From a bacterium (GTDB lineage Bacteria > Hinthialibacterota > Hinthialibacteria > Hinthialibacterales > Hinthialibacteraceae): a stretch of 64,000 nt of DNA. The notes beneath the pieces were generated by a model. The model saw nothing but the letters and a program-made list of their open reading frames with translations, did not search any database and was not told where the DNA came from. The DNA is taken from assembly GCA_041946805.1 (NCBI GenBank), contig JBHGBC010000023.1, positions 10,337-74,336 of the forward strand. The letters are read 5' to 3'. The translations under genes and the position numbers were made by a program. This document shows positions 60,128 to 64,000 of this stretch, in pieces; the first letter of the stretch is position 1; each line of letters begins with the position of its first letter.

Positions 60128-61231
60128 ATGTTAACCGTAATGATCGTCGGGATCCGGATGTTGAAAGCGGCAGGATTGTATGAAGTGAATCAATGGCTCC
60201 GTTTTTCCCATTTGGCGTTCTTTACGCTTTCGGGTGTGGCTTTGGCTATTTATGTAGTGGAAAACCACGCGTTGTGGCCGGAACCGTCCACTCCCCTGGA
60301 ACTGGAAGGACTCGTGTTGACCCAATCGGACACCGATAGCGCGCTGGCCTGGCTGCCGGAAGAAGCACCAGCCGCCGAAATGGGAGATATCCCGCCGGAA
60401 TTGTATCCCGAACGGATGGAATCACCCGAGCCGTTCGTGATCGTGTTGACCGGCTTGCCTTTGGAAACCGCCAAGCAACCCGCTGCGCCGGATGCATCTC
60501 CCAAGGCGACCTTGAACCTGGTCTCCTCCTCGACCGGCGAGGAAGAAAAAACGGCCGCTCCTGTCCAAGCCAAGACCCTCGCGCAAGCCAAATCCAAAGC
60601 GATTCCCGTGAACGGGGTCAAACACAAAATCCGCAAGGGCGAGAGTCTATGGGATATATCCCAGGATTATGGTGTCAATTACAAAAAAGTGGTCATGTAC
60701 AATCCTTCCATCAACGCGAAGCGGATGATGCCGGGGGATGAGCTGTTCATTCCCGGGGCGAAAACCGCTTCGCTCAAACCCGCGAATGCTTCTTCCATGA
60801 TCCTGCCCGTCGCCAACGCCAAGTTGGGTTCCGAATTTGGATTGCGAAAGCACCCCATCGGCGGCGGCGTGCGCTTTCATCATGGCGTCGATTTGCCGGC
60901 GCCTTCGGGAACCCCCATCCGCGCGGCCATGGGCGGCGTGGTGACCTACGCGGACTGGCGCGGCAAAAGCATGGGGCGGGTGGTGGTCCTCAAGCATGAT
61001 GATGGTTTGGAAACCGTATACGCACATTGCCGGGTCATTCATGTCCGGACCGGCCAGCGGATCGAGCAGGGCCAGATGATCGCCGAGGTCGGCCGCACGG
61101 GCTATACCACGGGATCGCATTTGCATTTCGAAGTTCTCAAGGACCGGCAAAATCAAGATCCCCTGAAATATCTGCCCCGGATCGGACTCAGTGGCCCGGA
61201 ATCCCGGCTGGCCCGGGGGATAGACGATTGA
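60128..61231 (+). CDS. LysM and M23 peptidase domain protein
   Basis: N-terminal TM segment; LysM HKIRKGESLWDISQDYGV; M23 HHGVD, YAHC and TGSHLHFEV motifs. Confidence 0.9.
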   Translation: MLTVMIVGIRMLKAAGLYEVNQWLRFSHLAFFTLSGVALAIYVVENHALWPEPSTPLELEGLVLTQSDTDSALAWLPEEAPAAEMGDIPPELYPERMESPEPFVIVLTGLPLETAKQPAAPDASPKATLNLVSSSTGEEEKTAAPVQAKTLAQAKSKAIPVNGVKHKIRKGESLWDISQDYGVNYKKVVMYNPSINAKRMMPGDELFIPGAKTASLKPANASSMILPVANAKLGSEFGLRKHPIGGGVRFHHGVDLPAPSGTPIRAAMGGVVTYADWRGKSMGRVVVLKHDDGLETVYAHCRVIHVRTGQRIEQGQMIAEVGRTGYTTGSHLHFEVLKDRQNQDPLKYLPRIGLSGPESRLARGIDD

Positions 61232-61377
61232 CAATTCAATCCCAAGCGATGGCGGACCATTGACAAGCCGCGGGATTTCGCGCCATAATGGGCTCCTGTC
61301 TGGATTAGGGTACGACAGGAATGACATGGAAGAGGAGGCCGGGAAGAAGACAACCTATTTTTCTATTTGAATCGGGC

Positions 61378-61418
61378 AAAAAGGCCGGGAGGAGAAATTC
61401 CTGCCGGCTTTTTTGTTT
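61378..61418. terminator. Bidirectional-type Rho-independent terminator
   Basis: AAAAAGGCCGG..GGA / TCC..CCGGCTTTTTT. Confidence 0.7.
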
Positions 61419-61737
61419 AAGGCCGGATTTTTATTTACGGATCTATAGGAAATCAGGTTCATCCGGTACGCGCATCCATAATGGGAAAACGATATGCCAT
61501 CCACGCTATGATGCGGGCGGACACTAAGGTCCGCCCCTACGAAAAAATCCCTCACCCTAATCCTCTCCCAGAGGTAGAGGGGATTTTAGGGAGATTGATT
61601 TATAATCGATGGGATGGATACGACCGTTCCTTGAGGATCGATAACGCATGAAATAAAGCAATACGATGACCTTTTAGCGCCTATCCCTGGCCGGACGATG
61701 CTGGACGGACTTCAACACCACGGTAAGAAAACACCCG

Positions 61738-62586
61738 ATGGATGATCCTGCCGCGTACTACAACTTGGATCCCGAACTGGAATGGAACCGCCTCTTTTCC
61801 ACTCCCTACCGGCGGCTTGAGTGGGAAGTGATGCTTTATTTCCTGAACCGGTATCTGCCTCCGCAAGGGCGGGTGTTGGATCTGGGCGGCGGTCCAGGGC
61901 GTTATACCCTGGAGCTGGCCAGGAGAGGCTACCAGGTGACTTTGGTGGACCGGGCCGAACGGAACATCGCGTGGGCACGGGTGAAAATCCAGGCCGCGGG
62001 GCTTTCCGGACGGATGGAAGCCTGCCGGGTGGGGGACGCCCGGAACCTGGAAGGATACCCGGAGGCCGTTTTCGACGCCGTGTTGTGCATGGGTCCCTTG
62101 TATCACTTGCCGAAGCGCGCCGACCGGGTGCGATGCTTGCGGGAATGCGCCCGGGTCATGAAACACGAGGCTCCGCTGTTTGCCACCTGGCTGCCCCGGA
62201 CGGTGTATCTACGGGACGCATTGCGAGGGAGTAACAACACCCTTCCCCGGCCCGGGGATTGGCGGGCCATGATCGAAATCCTCGAGCGGGGGACATCCCC
62301 ACTGGCCCGGATTCCCTCGATGTATTACTGCACGGTGGAAGAGATACAATCCGGATTGGAAGAAACCGGATTTGACATGCTGAACCGGGTATCCGCCCAT
62401 GGAGCGGCCGCGTTTCTGGATGAGGCGGTCAATCAGGCCGCGCGGGACGCGGAAACCTGGAGGAACCTGGTGCAAGTGGTGTTGGAAACCTGCGGCGACC
62501 CCCACGCATTATCCGCGGCCGAGCATCTGATCGTAATCGGGAGGAAAAAATCCCGGCAGGAGAAATCCGATGATTACCCTTCATGA
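61738..62586 (+). CDS. Class I SAM-dependent methyltransferase
   Basis: VLDLGGGPGRY, GDARNL and FDAVLCMGPLYHL motifs. Confidence 0.85.
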   Translation: MDDPAAYYNLDPELEWNRLFSTPYRRLEWEVMLYFLNRYLPPQGRVLDLGGGPGRYTLELARRGYQVTLVDRAERNIAWARVKIQAAGLSGRMEACRVGDARNLEGYPEAVFDAVLCMGPLYHLPKRADRVRCLRECARVMKHEAPLFATWLPRTVYLRDALRGSNNTLPRPGDWRAMIEILERGTSPLARIPSMYYCTVEEIQSGLEETGFDMLNRVSAHGAAAFLDEAVNQAARDAETWRNLVQVVLETCGDPHALSAAEHLIVIGRKKSRQEKSDDYPS

Positions 62587-63775
62587 CGTGGAAGAGGCGT
62601 ATCAGGCCATCCGGGACGCCATCTACCACTCCCCCTGCGTGCTGACGCAATCCCTCAGCCAGATGACCGGCTGCCAGGTGTATTTGAAACTGGAGAATCT
62701 GCAAATGACCGGATCGTTCAAGGAACGGGGCGCCTTGAACAAACTGCTGAGCCTCAGCGATGCGGAGCGGGCCCGGGGCGTGATCGCGGCCAGCGCGGGG
62801 AATCACGCCCAGGGGGTCGCTTACCACGCCCTGAAGATGGGCGGCAAGGCCATCATTGTCATGCCCGAGGCCACGCCCCTCAACAAGGTGATCTCGACGC
62901 GCAAATACGGGGCCGAGGTCATCCTCACCGGCCGGAACTATGACGAAGCCTACGAGGAAGCGGTCTCGAAACAGCAGCAGGAAGGCTTGCATTTCATCCA
63001 CGCCTTCGACGACGAAAAGGTGATGGCCGGACAAGGCACCATCGCCCTGGACATTCACGCCGACGGTCTCGATCCCGAAGCCATACTGGTTCCCATCGGG
63101 GGAGGCGGGTTGATCGCCGGGATCGCGGTGGCCATCAAGGAACTTTATCCCCAATGCCGGGTCATCGGCGTACAGACAAAGCAGGCGCCCTCGATGAAAA
63201 GCTCCATCGCCGCCGGGCGGATCATCCCCATGAAATCCAAGCCCACCCTGGCGGACGGCATCGCGGTGAAGAGCGTTGGCCATCTGACTTTCCCGGTGGT
63301 GCAGAAATACGTGGACGACATCGTCCTGGTGGATGAGGAGGAGATCGCCGCCGCCATCCTCACCCTGTTGGAAACCGAAAAGACACTGGTGGAAGGAGCG
63401 GGCGCGTCCACCCTCGCCGCCCTGGCGTATCACGATCTGGGATTGCAAGGAAAACGCACGGTGCTGGTGCTCTCAGGCGGGAACATCGACATCAACCTGC
63501 TGTCCCGCATTATCGAACGGGGACTGATCAAGGACGGCCGCATGGTGCGCTTGCGGATCGAGCTCATGGACACGCCGGGGCAGTTGGCCATTGTCTCGGC
63601 GTGCATCGCCCGGCACCGGGCCAACGTGCTGGAGGTGTATCACAACCGGTCGTTCATGAACGCCGCGCTGGGCAAGACCTTTCTGGATATCACCTTGGAA
63701 ACCCGCGGCGGGGACCATGTGGAGCAAATCATTTCCGCGCTGGGCGGCGAGGGATACACGGTTCAGAAGTTGTAG
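62570..63775 (+). CDS. ilvA: Threonine ammonia-lyase with a C-terminal ACT domain
   Basis: KLENLQMTGSFKERGA (PLP Lys), SAGNHAQG, IGGGGL, SGGNID and ACT domain DTPGQL. Confidence 0.9.
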   Translation: MITLHDVEEAYQAIRDAIYHSPCVLTQSLSQMTGCQVYLKLENLQMTGSFKERGALNKLLSLSDAERARGVIAASAGNHAQGVAYHALKMGGKAIIVMPEATPLNKVISTRKYGAEVILTGRNYDEAYEEAVSKQQQEGLHFIHAFDDEKVMAGQGTIALDIHADGLDPEAILVPIGGGGLIAGIAVAIKELYPQCRVIGVQTKQAPSMKSSIAAGRIIPMKSKPTLADGIAVKSVGHLTFPVVQKYVDDIVLVDEEEIAAAILTLLETEKTLVEGAGASTLAALAYHDLGLQGKRTVLVLSGGNIDINLLSRIIERGLIKDGRMVRLRIELMDTPGQLAIVSACIARHRANVLEVYHNRSFMNAALGKTFLDITLETRGGDHVEQIISALGGEGYTVQKL

Positions 63776-63815
63776 GGATGGGGATTTCATCCGCCCCGTG
63801 ACGCGGGCGGACACC

Positions 63816-64000
63816 TAGGTTCTGTTGAGTTTTCGTAATACATGATTCACCGGAATTCAGTACTCTGATTTAAGCGCTAACGGCGCGTAAGAGGTTAGCC
63901 CAGGGCAACGCCCTGGGAAATGGACGATAAAAGAAATAATTCCCTCTCCCTCTGGGAGAGGGCCAGGGTGAGGGAATTTTTGTAGGGGCGGACCTTGGTG
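63816..64000. mobile_element. MITE-like element, left part (runs off the window)
   Basis: TA-GGTTCTGTTGAGTTTTC terminal sequence, followed by the same interior modules as 33748-33987. Confidence 0.6.

Noticed and set aside
61321..61527. 68-aa ORF after the M23 gene
   Set aside because: It reads through a terminator and into a REP, with no protein-like features.
8835..64000. CRISPR array
   Set aside because: The repeats are dispersed palindromes, not regularly spaced direct repeats with unique spacers, and no cas genes are present.

Overview
A GC-rich bacterial chromosomal window from a diderm organism (beta-barrel, lipoprotein and Tat-signal proteins are present). It has no integrase, transposase, phage genes or CRISPR array. 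Housekeeping genes: typA, csaA, metB-like, an ABC-F ATPase, gcvT-gcvH-gcvPA, miaB, rplM-rpsI, hpf-pta-ackA, ilvA and tRNA-Ser(GGA). Accessory blocks: (i) a five-gene nitrosative-stress cluster (Rrf2 regulator, DUF1858/NnrS-like membrane protein, secreted His-Cys-Asp protein, hemerythrin, quinol-dependent NO reductase); (ii) a methyltransferase-rich glycan locus with a radical SAM enzyme; (iii) an Hpt-REC-multi-PAS kinase module; (iv) three GspG/pilin-like paralogues with constant ends and variable cores; (v) many secreted proteins. Intergenic regions are crowded with modular REP-like hairpins, and a MITE-like element with terminal inverted repeats carries some of them. The strongest lead is a shared C-terminal motif, V-x-x-W-x-[LV]-[FY]-COOH, on two unrelated secreted proteins, which may be a sorting signal. 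Other leads are a LamG domain nested inside another LamG domain, a CPC-motif HicB-fold protein linked to ypdA, and a GGA-rich candidate sRNA. All family assignments come from motif recognition by eye; no searches were run.
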